Assembly: GCA_019057375.1 (NCBI GenBank) | Contig: DXJF01000022.1 | Coordinates: forward strand, 1-46,522 | Reading direction: 5' to 3' | Source: Candidatus Heimdallarchaeota archaeon | Lineage (GTDB): Archaea > Asgardarchaeota > Heimdallarchaeia > Heimdallarchaeales > Heimdallarchaeaceae | Length of the DNA: 46,522 nucleotides | Shown: positions 26,763 through 36,427 of the stretch, piece after piece | How positions within the stretch are numbered: position 1 is the first letter of the stretch | Layout of the letters: each line of letters begins with the position of its first letter | Translations under genes and position numbers: made by a program | Notes under the pieces: generated by a model | What the model was told of the DNA's origin: nothing | The model's database searches: none | The model's input: the letters and a program-made list of their open reading frames with translations, nothing else

Positions 26763-27764
26763 CTAAATTGAGAGCTTCCTTGGGTTGAGATAGAGATTTG
26801 ATTCACTATCATCTAGTTTTACTTCTGTATCTGAAATTTTCAATTCATTGAGTGATTTCTTTATGTTCTTCTTTATATTTTTGTAGAATCTAAGAGTTGA
26901 ACTGAATAGAATTAGCATATTGTAGAAAGTTTTATCTTTAGCTAGTTTTTCTTCGAAAATATCGATTTTGAATCTTCCACCAATATTCAAAAACCTTCCA
27001 TTTATTTTTGCTATAACTTTGTTGTGGATGTTTTTTATTACCCAATCAGATCCGAATCTAAGTCTTTTATCATCAATAATAAATGACTGGAAAATATCAT
27101 GTTCATCTAAGTAACTAAAACCAAAGATTTTACCTTGAAAACGTGGAAAATGAGCCAATTTGCGTATTCTATATAGATTACGAGTATGCTTGAATATACA
27201 GACATAGGCTGGACTTGGTTCCCCAGTAGCATGAGAATTGGCAAAGCTTTCACCTTGTAATCTTTCAATAGTCCCTCGCCAATAACCACTTGGTGAAAAG
27301 AGTTTCATTACAAATCTTCTCTCAAGGGGATCTTTTCCTTTCCAGAGATTTTCTCTGATTGCGAGCAGGCCGTAATCTTCTCCAGCAACTTTAACGTCTC
27401 CGATTTGATCCATATCTCTGGTCCATTGTCTATCTTTTTGAGCTCTTTGAGCATCTTTTCTTATTCCCCACTCATCTTTATGCATTTTTGTTCGCCATAA
27501 ATCTACATCGATGTGTAAGTAGACTATTCTTTCTTCTTTTTTCTTCTTCTCCTCTGCGGGGGGTGCTGCTTTAACAGGAGCTACTGGCTCTTCTTTGACT
27601 TCTTCTGGTTCTGGTTCAGGCTCTGGCTCAGGTTCTTCTTCATCTACTGGTTCCTGTTTGACAATTTCTTCTTTCTGTTCTTCAATAGCGTCTTGTAATT
27701 CACTTGTGAACTGACTTTCTTCTTTCTTTTCTTCTTCATATTGCTTGTTTTCTTCAAAAGACAT
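26763..27764 (-). CDS. Protein with acidic Glu/Pro-rich N-terminus and putative LURP-one/Tubby-C/scramblase-like domain
   Basis: N-terminal EPEPEPEPEE low-complexity tract. C-terminal 'DDKRLRFGSDWVIKN..VIAKINGRFLNIGGRFKIDI' followed by a hydrophobic helix. Confidence 0.5.
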   Translation of the reverse strand: MSFEENKQYEEEKKEESQFTSELQDAIEEQKEEIVKQEPVDEEEPEPEPEPEPEEVKEEPVAPVKAAPPAEEKKKKEERIVYLHIDVDLWRTKMHKDEWGIRKDAQRAQKDRQWTRDMDQIGDVKVAGEDYGLLAIRENLWKGKDPLERRFVMKLFSPSGYWRGTIERLQGESFANSHATGEPSPAYVCIFKHTRNLYRIRKLAHFPRFQGKIFGFSYLDEHDIFQSFIIDDKRLRFGSDWVIKNIHNKVIAKINGRFLNIGGRFKIDIFEEKLAKDKTFYNMLILFSSTLRFYKNIKKNIKKSLNELKISDTEVKLDDSESNLYLNPRKLSI

Positions 27765-27856
27765 ACAAATCTACCTTACGACATTAAATTACTATTTTCA
27801 GTACTTTAAACTTTCTGTATGTAAATGAAAATGGCTACATAATAAAAAACGAAAAG

Positions 27857-28630
27857 CTACTCTTCTTCTTTCTTCAAAGATTCTACTAACCAAGGTAATG
27901 TTTCAATAACATCTCCTCGTATCCTATAATGAATAAGGTGATCATAGTAAGTTGGTGTCAAATTAAAAATAGCTTTTTTAGTAGAAGGAGGTGGAGCTAA
28001 CAAAACATCTGCAGCAGGGAAAATTCCTAAACTTGTTCCTATTCCTATTGCTATATCACTTTTAACTGCTATTCTCATGGCTTCTCGCATAATTGAAGGA
28101 TCCAAGAGCTCTTCAAAAAGCACTACCTTGGGTTTCATAGGTTTTCTACATTTTGGACATTCAGGATAAGGTAAAACTTTCAAATGCTTATCTTCATCCA
28201 AATACTCTTCAAAAGAGCACTTTATACAATGCATCATCTCTGCAGTTCCATGGACTTCATAAACATTTTTGGAACCTGCTTTGATATGTAAGCTATCAAT
28301 ATTCTGAGTGACAATGTGAATCTTATTTTCTCCAAACATCTCTTGAATTTCAGTTACAGCATAATGTGCAATATTTGGTTTAGTATCTCCAAAGTTCTTA
28401 TACAAGTCTCTAAAAAACTCCCAGACTTTTTCTGGTTTTTTCTTGAAAGCTTTTAGTGTAGAAACCTCAAAAGGGTCGTATTTATCCCACAGTCCTCCTG
28501 GAGAACGGAAATCAGGAACACCACTAGGAACACTAATTCCTGCTCCAGTGAATATAACAACATTGTCTGCTTCTTTAATAAGTTGAGCCACAGAATTGAT
28601 GATGTCAATTATTGATGTCAGTAAATTCAC
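27857..28630 (-). CDS. cobB: Sir2-family NAD-dependent protein deacylase
   Basis: TGAGIS..SGVPDFR, TQNID.LH, HG, CxxC..CxxC, KPKVVLFEE, GTSL. Confidence 0.95.
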   Translation of the reverse strand: MNLLTSIIDIINSVAQLIKEADNVVIFTGAGISVPSGVPDFRSPGGLWDKYDPFEVSTLKAFKKKPEKVWEFFRDLYKNFGDTKPNIAHYAVTEIQEMFGENKIHIVTQNIDSLHIKAGSKNVYEVHGTAEMMHCIKCSFEEYLDEDKHLKVLPYPECPKCRKPMKPKVVLFEELLDPSIMREAMRIAVKSDIAIGIGTSLGIFPAADVLLAPPPSTKKAIFNLTPTYYDHLIHYRIRGDVIETLPWLVESLKKEEE

Positions 28631-28729
28631 TCCAGTTGTTATATTATTGAATAGCTTGTTTATATTTTTGACTGGAAAATTATCTGAATGTTAAGTCCTC
28701 TTCGAAAAGTTAAAGAATATCAATAGAGG

Positions 28730-29335
28730 TTGGCCCTCATGGAATATCACTTAACTACTCCTATCCCCCCTGAAGAACTTAAGAAAATCAAAATAGGGGA
28801 TGTAGTTTATATTACAGGAACTGTTGTTACAGCACGTGATGAAGCTCATTTGAAAGCTTTAGAGTTACATAAAGCAGGAAAACAACCACCTGTTGATTTC
28901 AAGGGTATAGGGCTCTTTCACTGTGGTCCTGTAATGAAAAAGAATGAGCAAGGAGAATGGACTGTTGTTGCAGCTGGCCCAACTACCTCAGCAAGAATGG
29001 AAATCTTCCAAGATGAGTTTATCAAAACTTTTCAACCTGGAATTATCATTGGAAAAGGAGGAATGGGTGCAAGAACAACAAAAGCATGCCAAGAAGAAAC
29101 TTGTATTTATGGTTACTTTACAGGTGGAGCAGCTCTTCTAGCTGCTGACCGAATTAAACAAGTAATAGATGTTTTTTGGTATGAGGAATTAGGTATGCCA
29201 GAATCACTCTGGGTTTACGAAGTTGATGAATTTGGTCCTTTAACAGTTACAATTGATTCACATGGTGGGAACCTAACTGATGAATCAAAGAAGAACATCG
29301 AGGCTAATAAAGAAAAGATTTTGCAGGAGTTGTAA
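28730..29335 (+). CDS. Fe-S fumarate hydratase / tartrate dehydratase, beta subunit
   Basis: TARDEAH, HCGP, AGPTTSARM, IIGKGGMG, GPLTVTIDSHG. Confidence 0.92.
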   Translation: MALMEYHLTTPIPPEELKKIKIGDVVYITGTVVTARDEAHLKALELHKAGKQPPVDFKGIGLFHCGPVMKKNEQGEWTVVAAGPTTSARMEIFQDEFIKTFQPGIIIGKGGMGARTTKACQEETCIYGYFTGGAALLAADRIKQVIDVFWYEELGMPESLWVYEVDEFGPLTVTIDSHGGNLTDESKKNIEANKEKILQEL

Positions 29336-29339
29336 AAAA

Positions 29340-30218
29340 ATGATGGATATTGCACAAGTAGTAGAAGATACCGCAGCTAAATTACTCAAAATATCTGCAA
29401 CTAAACTTCCAAGTGAAGTCAAGGAAGCACTGATTCAAGACGAAAAAGATACTGAGGGCAGTTTAGGTAAATCACAGTTAAAAGCTATTAACGAAAATGT
29501 CAATCTAGCTGAAACTTTCACTAAACCTATGTGTCAAGATACTGGATTAGTATCTTTCTTCGTTAAAATAGGGGATAAGTTTCCTATTAAATCAGAAGTT
29601 AAAACAGCTCTTATCAAAGCAACAAAGAATGCAACAGAGAAAGTACCTCTCAGACCTAACGCAGTAGACATGTTTGAAGGGAATACCAAAAACAATGTAG
29701 GTTTGAGGGGATATGTACCTTGGTTCTATTTTGATTTGGTTGAAGGAGATAAATGTGAAATTATTGCTATGCCAAAAGGCGGAGGAAGTTCCAATGTTGG
29801 GAAAATGAAGATGGTTCCTCCTGGAAAAGGAATCAAAGGAGTGAAAGAGTTTGTTGTAGAAGCGGTAGCTGCTGCTGGTCCTCTTGCATGTCCTCCTTAT
29901 ACAGTGGGTGTAGGTGTCGGTGGTGGCGAAGATATGTGTATGAACCTTGCTAAGAAAGCCTTGTTAAGACCTCTTTATCAATATCATGAAGATGAAAATA
30001 TTGCTTCAATTGAGAAAGAACTCAAAGATATTCTAAACAAACTTGAAATTGGTGCAATGGGGCTTGGTGAAGGAACATCTGTATTTGATGTTCATATGGA
30101 ATTTGCTGCAAGACACCCAGCAAGTTTGCCAGTGGGTGTAGTCATCTCTTGTTGGGCATTAAGACACGCTGGTGCAACAATAGATAAAGAAGGAAATGTG
30201 GAGTGGCATCCACAATAA
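29340..30218 (+). CDS. Fe-S fumarate hydratase / tartrate dehydratase, alpha subunit
   Basis: PMCQDTG, PLRPN, KGGGS, ACPPY..GVGVGG, RHPAS, CWA.R. The likely start is ATG 29340, just after the beta-subunit stop. Confidence 0.92.
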   Translation: MMDIAQVVEDTAAKLLKISATKLPSEVKEALIQDEKDTEGSLGKSQLKAINENVNLAETFTKPMCQDTGLVSFFVKIGDKFPIKSEVKTALIKATKNATEKVPLRPNAVDMFEGNTKNNVGLRGYVPWFYFDLVEGDKCEIIAMPKGGGSSNVGKMKMVPPGKGIKGVKEFVVEAVAAAGPLACPPYTVGVGVGGGEDMCMNLAKKALLRPLYQYHEDENIASIEKELKDILNKLEIGAMGLGEGTSVFDVHMEFAARHPASLPVGVVISCWALRHAGATIDKEGNVEWHPQ

Positions 30219-30329
30219 ATTTTTCACTACTCTTTTTTGAATTTACTTTTAATAGATTTTAAGTGATTGAGGAATTAACTTATATTGTTATAAGTTTATG
30301 TTAATATTGAACTAATTTGGGAAAAGTCA

Positions 30330-32318
30330 ATGCTAACAGAATTACAGAAAAATTTCTTAAAAGGTAAAAGAAACATAATTTGTAGTTTAGTATTTATTCT
30401 ACTGATAGTTCTGTGTTTCTTGATTATTCCAAGTTTAGCTAGTCCTTCTGTAGTTTTACCAACTCCACAAAAAAAAAGTGATGTACTTTTAGATGATGTC
30501 TTAAGCTCTAAATTTTCCACTCAAGGCAGAGAGAAAATAAATGAGAGTTTTGATTTAAACAGTATTTCTCAATTAGCATGGGCAGCTCAAGGAATAACCC
30601 ATCCTCCATCTCGAACTGTTCCAAGTGCTGGAGCAACTTATCCTCTCGATGTCTTCATAAGTACTAGAATAACACTTGAGCATTTAGATAATGGAACATA
30701 TGTTTACAATCCAACTGATCATTCGCTAATACGATCTGAGATACAACCTACTTATATGTCAATATTGCAAGTGATCATTTCTGACAATAACCATCTAAAT
30801 CTGGAACTGATTAATTCCGCTCCAATTCTGTTTCTTATAACCGCAGAATATGAACGAACAACAGAAAAATATAGTAACAGAGGAATACGGTATGTTCATC
30901 TTGAAATTGGACATTTGTTACAAAATTTGCGTATTCAAGCAAAAGCACTGTTTATAGAGCTAGAAATAGTTTTGAATTTTGATGAGAATCTCTTACAATC
31001 ACTTTATGGAATAGAATATACTCCTTTAGCTGTTGTTTTTGCATGGGAAACGGATTCAGCTGATCTCCATCTCAATAAGAAACTTAATCGCAATAACTGC
31101 AATAATCTTAAGTTAAAATACTACAATTTTGACGTCCAAACATCTACATCAGTTGAAGAAGCTATTAATGCTCGTAGATCTATAAGGGATTATTTACCTG
31201 ATGCAATAAAGGAAACAGAAATCAAACACTTGTTAAAGCATAGTATAAACCAGATAGATGCACAATCGAATGAATCTGTTTTTGACCCCTTTCTAAGTAA
31301 TTCGTCCATCAGTGCATACTTGTCAGTTAGCAATATCGAAGGGATTGAAGAGGGAGTTTACAGATATATTTCCGCAGAACAAAGTCTTAATAAAATAATC
31401 AACAACTCAAAACAAGAAGAGTTATGGGAAGCGAGTTTAAAACAACAATGGGTATTAGATGCTGCTGTAGTAATTGTATTGTTTATGAATCAATCAAAAT
31501 TATATGAAAATTATAAAACATATGAATTCAATTATAGGAATGCATTGTTCGATATGGGTGCAGCAGCTCAGAATCTTTATTTGGAAAGCTATGCTTTAGG
31601 TTTAGGAATGGTAGTCATTGGTGCTTTTTCTGATACAGAAATAAAAAGCATAATAACTGCCTTATCAGAAGAATCCCCAATCTATGTCATACCGGTTGGA
31701 AAAGTATCAGTAATATCTGCTTATGGACCATTTGGGACATGGAAACAAATGATAACTAGCATATCCGCTTGGTTAAGTATAAGTGCCATGTATTTCGCAC
31801 ATCTTTTCATAACACCAATGATAAGAAAGAAAATCAAAAGTAAGAGAAGTGTTAGGTTACACATAAGTTTGGTACTGCTATCCATCTTGTTTTTAATTGT
31901 ACATTTATTTCTTAATCATGGAGGATGGACTTTTCTAAGAAACCTAACTTGGGTAAGTTTCTGGGGAGTTATTAAGTCTATTTTTTTCAATTTTTCATTA
32001 AAAGGAGAGTTAGACCCTTATAATGTAGGATTCATAATTTCAAGACTTGGTATATGGTTTGGTATATTCTTCTTAGCTTTAAGTCTTGCTCTTCTTTTTA
32101 GAAAAACCAGACTAAAATTTGGTAGTAAAATAAAAATTATTCACAAGTATTTTGGATATGCTTTAGTGATAATGATAATATACCATGCTTTGATAAATGG
32201 AGTTATAGTAAGCTACATATATCCTTGGGGTGTGATTATTCTTGTTTTTGCAACACTTATTTATGCATTCTTGACTTTATATCCAAGATTAAGAAAAATA
32301 AAGATATTCACAAAATAA
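30330..32318 (+). CDS. Tandem SagB/ThcOx-type nitroreductase domains with N-terminal TM and C-terminal multi-TM His-rich domain
   Basis: RTVPSAGATYPL, 'EIGHLLQN', 'RRSIRDY', 'GAAAQNLYL..GMVVIGAF'. The C-terminal ~190 aa is hydrophobic with paired His residues. Confidence 0.8.
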   Translation: MLTELQKNFLKGKRNIICSLVFILLIVLCFLIIPSLASPSVVLPTPQKKSDVLLDDVLSSKFSTQGREKINESFDLNSISQLAWAAQGITHPPSRTVPSAGATYPLDVFISTRITLEHLDNGTYVYNPTDHSLIRSEIQPTYMSILQVIISDNNHLNLELINSAPILFLITAEYERTTEKYSNRGIRYVHLEIGHLLQNLRIQAKALFIELEIVLNFDENLLQSLYGIEYTPLAVVFAWETDSADLHLNKKLNRNNCNNLKLKYYNFDVQTSTSVEEAINARRSIRDYLPDAIKETEIKHLLKHSINQIDAQSNESVFDPFLSNSSISAYLSVSNIEGIEEGVYRYISAEQSLNKIINNSKQEELWEASLKQQWVLDAAVVIVLFMNQSKLYENYKTYEFNYRNALFDMGAAAQNLYLESYALGLGMVVIGAFSDTEIKSIITALSEESPIYVIPVGKVSVISAYGPFGTWKQMITSISAWLSISAMYFAHLFITPMIRKKIKSKRSVRLHISLVLLSILFLIVHLFLNHGGWTFLRNLTWVSFWGVIKSIFFNFSLKGELDPYNVGFIISRLGIWFGIFFLALSLALLFRKTRLKFGSKIKIIHKYFGYALVIMIIYHALINGVIVSYIYPWGVIILVFATLIYAFLTLYPRLRKIKIFTK

Positions 32319-32333
32319 AGAATCATTCAATTA

Positions 32334-32885
32334 CTAATTTTCTTTTCTTGTAAGGAAAAAAAATAAACCGTTTCTCAAATTCTTTCCATCAAAATATTTT
32401 CCTTTTTCTTTCTTTACAAGTATGTAGTTATTCTGAATTAAGGGAATTGCCTTTTCTATTCTATTTAGCATAGTTTTTCCTTCTTTTATCCCAATAATTA
32501 ATTTTCCATTTTCTTTAGTTATTCTGTGAATCTCCTTAATTAGCTTCTGAAATTCTGGATAGTTATTTTTGCCGATAATGCAGCATGTTACATTATAGAG
32601 CATCACAAGGTCTATCGATTTGCTTTTTAAAGAAATCTCAAGTTGTCCATCTGATTTCATTATCTCTATTCTTCTTTCTACTTTTGCTTCTTTAGCATTA
32701 ACAATAAGTTGCTCCAATTTTACTTGATCTTCATCAATAGCAATGACTCTTCCATCCCAACCGATTATCTTAGCAACTGGGATTGTATAGTTCCCACTAC
32801 CACATCCAAAATCAAGGACTGACATATTTTCTTTAATACCCAATTCTAGTAAGTGGTTTACTAAGTAATCAGCTATTTCGTCCAT
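32334..32885 (-). CDS. Class I SAM-dependent methyltransferase
   Basis: Motif I VLDFGCGSG, acidic 'AIDED' and 'SIDLVML'. Confidence 0.88.
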   Translation of the reverse strand: MDEIADYLVNHLLELGIKENMSVLDFGCGSGNYTIPVAKIIGWDGRVIAIDEDQVKLEQLIVNAKEAKVERRIEIMKSDGQLEISLKSKSIDLVMLYNVTCCIIGKNNYPEFQKLIKEIHRITKENGKLIIGIKEGKTMLNRIEKAIPLIQNNYILVKKEKGKYFDGKNLRNGLFFFLTRKEN

Positions 32886-32979
32886 CAGATATCCAGTACT
32901 TTTTTATTTTTCAATATCTAGTTATTCTCTTGAAACACAATTATTATTACTTCTTTTGACTATCTATTAATGACTAAGG

Positions 32980-33624
32980 ATGTTTGGTTGTAAAATTAAC
33001 AGATTAAAAGCAGTTAATTTGCTCCTGTTTTTGTTGATAATCACAACCATTTTGACATCTAAAGCAAGTTCTGATTTGGATGGAGCTTTAAAGTTAACTA
33101 TAACTTCAATATCATGGGAAATGGCAACACAGACAGAAAATTACACTTCTTTTGATATGTACTTCAATCTAACAATTGACAATATTTCTAGTAAAACAAT
33201 AGAAGCTGTTTTTGCCGATAGTTGTAAGTTTGATTCTTATATCAACTATCAATTAAATGATAGTTCACTTCTTCTTACTACTCATGGGAATGAAGCGTGT
33301 TTTTTGATGATAACCGAATTGAGATTGCCACCTGGTCCTTCATATTTGAATGAATATGAATATGTTAAAATCAATGATTCTTCTTTAACCGATTTACCTG
33401 ATGGTTACTATGAAGTAGTTATTGGGGAAGAATACGTGAAATTAAACCCCTATTTTGAAAAAGAGGCTCGAGCTTCTTTTCAAGTCTTCAATGATTCAAA
33501 CTCTTTTGATCTTCCTGAAAGACCAACTTATGAAGTATCTGTAAATAATCTCTCAATTCTATCCTCTCTCATCTTCTTTTCTATTTTACTGCAAATTCAT
33601 AGGAAGAAGAAAAAACAGTTTTAG
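32980..33624 (+). CDS. Secreted/surface protein with signal peptide, Ig-like domain and C-terminal TM anchor
   Basis: Hydrophobic N-terminus, several N-x-S/T sequons, and a C-terminal hydrophobic helix followed by RKKKKQF. Confidence 0.65.
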   Translation: MFGCKINRLKAVNLLLFLLIITTILTSKASSDLDGALKLTITSISWEMATQTENYTSFDMYFNLTIDNISSKTIEAVFADSCKFDSYINYQLNDSSLLLTTHGNEACFLMITELRLPPGPSYLNEYEYVKINDSSLTDLPDGYYEVVIGEEYVKLNPYFEKEARASFQVFNDSNSFDLPERPTYEVSVNNLSILSSLIFFSILLQIHRKKKKQF

Positions 33625-33840
33625 AATGCATAATAGCATCTCTCTCCTAAATCTAATTAATGTATAAATCCGCCAATATTTATGAGTAATGTTTCAGAAA
33701 TTGAAAAAATTAAGAAACTAATTGTTGATTATACAAAAATGGATTATTGTGAATGTTCTTGATTGTGGTTTTGAAGAAACTTAAGATTGGAAATTTAAAG
33801 ACTAATCTCTCTTCATTTCTACTAAATTGTTACAATCTTT

Positions 33841-34062
33841 TTACTTGTTACTAGATGTTTCATTAATATCTAGAAGAATTAAAATAAAGAACATAATACT
33901 CAATCCTGCGAGTGTTCCAGAACCCACATATAAACTTTCATTATGCTTGCTTATTCCTATAATTGTTAGAATTACGCCTAATATAATTAAAATTGATGTG
34001 CTAACCATCATTTGTATGTAACTTCTCTTTTGCAATTGTTGTTCGATTACTAGTTCATTCAT
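33841..34062 (-). CDS. Small two-TM membrane protein
   Basis: 73 aa with two hydrophobic helices and an ATG start. Confidence 0.55.
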   Translation of the reverse strand: MNELVIEQQLQKRSYIQMMVSTSILIILGVILTIIGISKHNESLYVGSGTLAGLSIMFFILILLDINETSSNK

Positions 34063-34362
34063 GTTCTACGCCAAGAATTTTTTTAATTAACCATAAATAT
34101 ATTTTTCCATTAGAAAATCTAAATAATAATCGTTTTATAATTATAACTATCACAATTCATCTATATATTCAGTTATTAATTAATTAAATGCCACTGTATT
34201 CCGATAAGTATAGTCTATATTCGATACTTATAATGAACCGCTTATACAAAATCGCTAGTAATCGCTAGTATATGGTAGGATATAATCCAACAAAACTCAG
34301 TATTATATCATTTTCTTTTGCTTTTAGTAAATTTTTTTATAGAATTCTATTTAATTTAAGTT

Positions 34363-36411
34363 ATGAGTGATCCACTTCATCCCCCAGTTGCTAAAAAAGA
34401 GCTGAAAATAACTGAAATTCATGGACAGAAAATTGAAGACGTTTATTTCTGGCTCAGATTTAAAGAAAATCAAGAAGTTATTGATTATTTAACAGTTGAA
34501 AATGATTATACTAAAGAGAAAACTAAGCATCTTGATACTTTCACAGATGAACTGTTCCATGAGATGAAAAATAGAATTAAGGAAGATGACGAAAGTGTTC
34601 CGTACAAATTCAAAGACTATTATTACTATGATAGAGATGAGAAAGGGAAGGAGTACAAAATCTATTGTCGTAAGCATTCAAGTTTAGAAAATGACGAAGA
34701 AATACTCCTTGATATAAATGAATTAGCCAAAGATTATGAGTACTACAAGCTTAGAACATTAAAAATAAGCCCAAACCAGAAAATGCTAGCTTATTCCATA
34801 GATAACACAGGTTATGAGAAATTCTTTATCCAGATTAAAAATCTAGAAACAGAAGAAACTACCACTACTGGAATTGAAAACATAGGTTGGAATTTTGAAT
34901 GGGCGGATGATAATACTATTTACTATAATGTACGAGATGATGCACAGAGACCCTATGCACTAAAAAGACACATATTTGGTTCTTCATCAAAAGATGATCC
35001 AGTAATCTTTGAGGAGAAGGATATAGAGAGACGTGTTTCTGTTTGGAAAAGCAAGGACAATAAATATCTCTTTATGAATTCAGAATCAACAATAAGTTCT
35101 GAAATAAGATATCTGGATTTATCTGACCCTCTGGGTGATTTCCAAATATTCTTTCCAAGAGAAGAGAAACATGAATATCATCTTACACACAAAGATGGAT
35201 ATTTCTACATTGTTACAAATTCAGATGATTCAACCAATTTTAAATTAATGAGATCAAACGTTAAAGATTTTAAAATGGAGAACTGGGAAGAAATTATTCC
35301 TCATAATAAAGATGTACGTCTCATGTGGACAGAGGCTTTTGAGGATTTTCTAATTATATATAAAAGAGAAGCAGGTTTAGCTAAAGTAGACATTTTTTAT
35401 GAAAGGAATAGCGAAAATAATCACACAATAGCGATGCCTGAAACAGTGTATGGTGTTTGGGATGGTGATAATTTTGAATATTCTTCTGATTATCTTAGAT
35501 TAGTTTATACTTCACTAATAACTCCTAAATCAGTATATGATTACAATGTAAATGAAAGAAAATTAATATTAAAGAAACAAGACGAAATTAAGGATTATAA
35601 AAAAGAAGATTTTGTTACAGAAAGAAAATACATTACAGCACGTGATGGAGTTAAAGTTCCTATTTCAATTGTTCATAAGAAGAACATTAGTACTCCTGCT
35701 CCAACATTTCTCTATGGATATGGCTCTTATGGTGTATCAGTTGATCCTTATTTCTCTCCAACAGCTGTTAGTTTAATTGAGCGAGGAGTGATATATGTAA
35801 TCGCTCATGTCAGAGGAAGTGGATTACTAGGTAGGCCATGGTATGAAGACGGTAAATTACTGAAAAAGAAAAACACCTTCAATGATTTCATAGATACTGC
35901 AGAACATCTGATAGAAAACAATGTTACCACCAAAAAACAACTAGTTATTGCTGGTGCTAGTGCAGGGGGATTATTAGTTGGGGGTGCAGTTACAATGCGT
36001 CCTGATTTGTTCCACTTCGTTGTTGCTAGAGTACCTTTTGTAGATGTTGTAAATACAATGCTGGATGCAAGTATTCCACTAACAGCTCAAGAATGGAAAG
36101 AATGGGGGGACCCAAGAGATAAGGAATACTTTGAATACATGCTTTCCTATTCTCCATATGACCAAGTAAAACCAATCGATTATCCACATTTACTTGTAAC
36201 TTCTGGGTTAAATGATCCTCGAGTTGCTTTTTGGGAACCAGCTAAATTTGTTGCTAAGCTTAGAACACTTAAGACTGATAACAACGATTTACTACTCAAG
36301 ACAAATATGGGAGCTGGGCATCATGGAGCTTCTGGACGATATGAATCTATGAAAGAAACTGCATTTATTTATGCTAATGTTCTTGATAAGGTTGGGTTAG
36401 TTCAAAAATAA
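34363..36411 (+). CDS. ptrB: Oligopeptidase B (S9A prolyl oligopeptidase family)
   Basis: Beta-propeller N-terminus, YGYGSYG, GASAGGLL (Ser nucleophile), GLNDPRV and AGHHG. Confidence 0.94.
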   Translation: MSDPLHPPVAKKELKITEIHGQKIEDVYFWLRFKENQEVIDYLTVENDYTKEKTKHLDTFTDELFHEMKNRIKEDDESVPYKFKDYYYYDRDEKGKEYKIYCRKHSSLENDEEILLDINELAKDYEYYKLRTLKISPNQKMLAYSIDNTGYEKFFIQIKNLETEETTTTGIENIGWNFEWADDNTIYYNVRDDAQRPYALKRHIFGSSSKDDPVIFEEKDIERRVSVWKSKDNKYLFMNSESTISSEIRYLDLSDPLGDFQIFFPREEKHEYHLTHKDGYFYIVTNSDDSTNFKLMRSNVKDFKMENWEEIIPHNKDVRLMWTEAFEDFLIIYKREAGLAKVDIFYERNSENNHTIAMPETVYGVWDGDNFEYSSDYLRLVYTSLITPKSVYDYNVNERKLILKKQDEIKDYKKEDFVTERKYITARDGVKVPISIVHKKNISTPAPTFLYGYGSYGVSVDPYFSPTAVSLIERGVIYVIAHVRGSGLLGRPWYEDGKLLKKKNTFNDFIDTAEHLIENNVTTKKQLVIAGASAGGLLVGGAVTMRPDLFHFVVARVPFVDVVNTMLDASIPLTAQEWKEWGDPRDKEYFEYMLSYSPYDQVKPIDYPHLLVTSGLNDPRVAFWEPAKFVAKLRTLKTDNNDLLLKTNMGAGHHGASGRYESMKETAFIYANVLDKVGLVQK

Positions 36412-36427
36412 TTCTTATATTTTTCTA

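Noticed and set aside
33682-33762. 26-codon ORF MSNVSEIEKIKKLIVDYTKMDYCECS
   Set aside because: It is too short to assign. It may be a gene remnant, but there is no supporting continuation.
34080-34360. Replication origin (AT-rich region with repeats)
   Set aside because: There are no ORB-like motifs and no adjacent cdc6/orc1.
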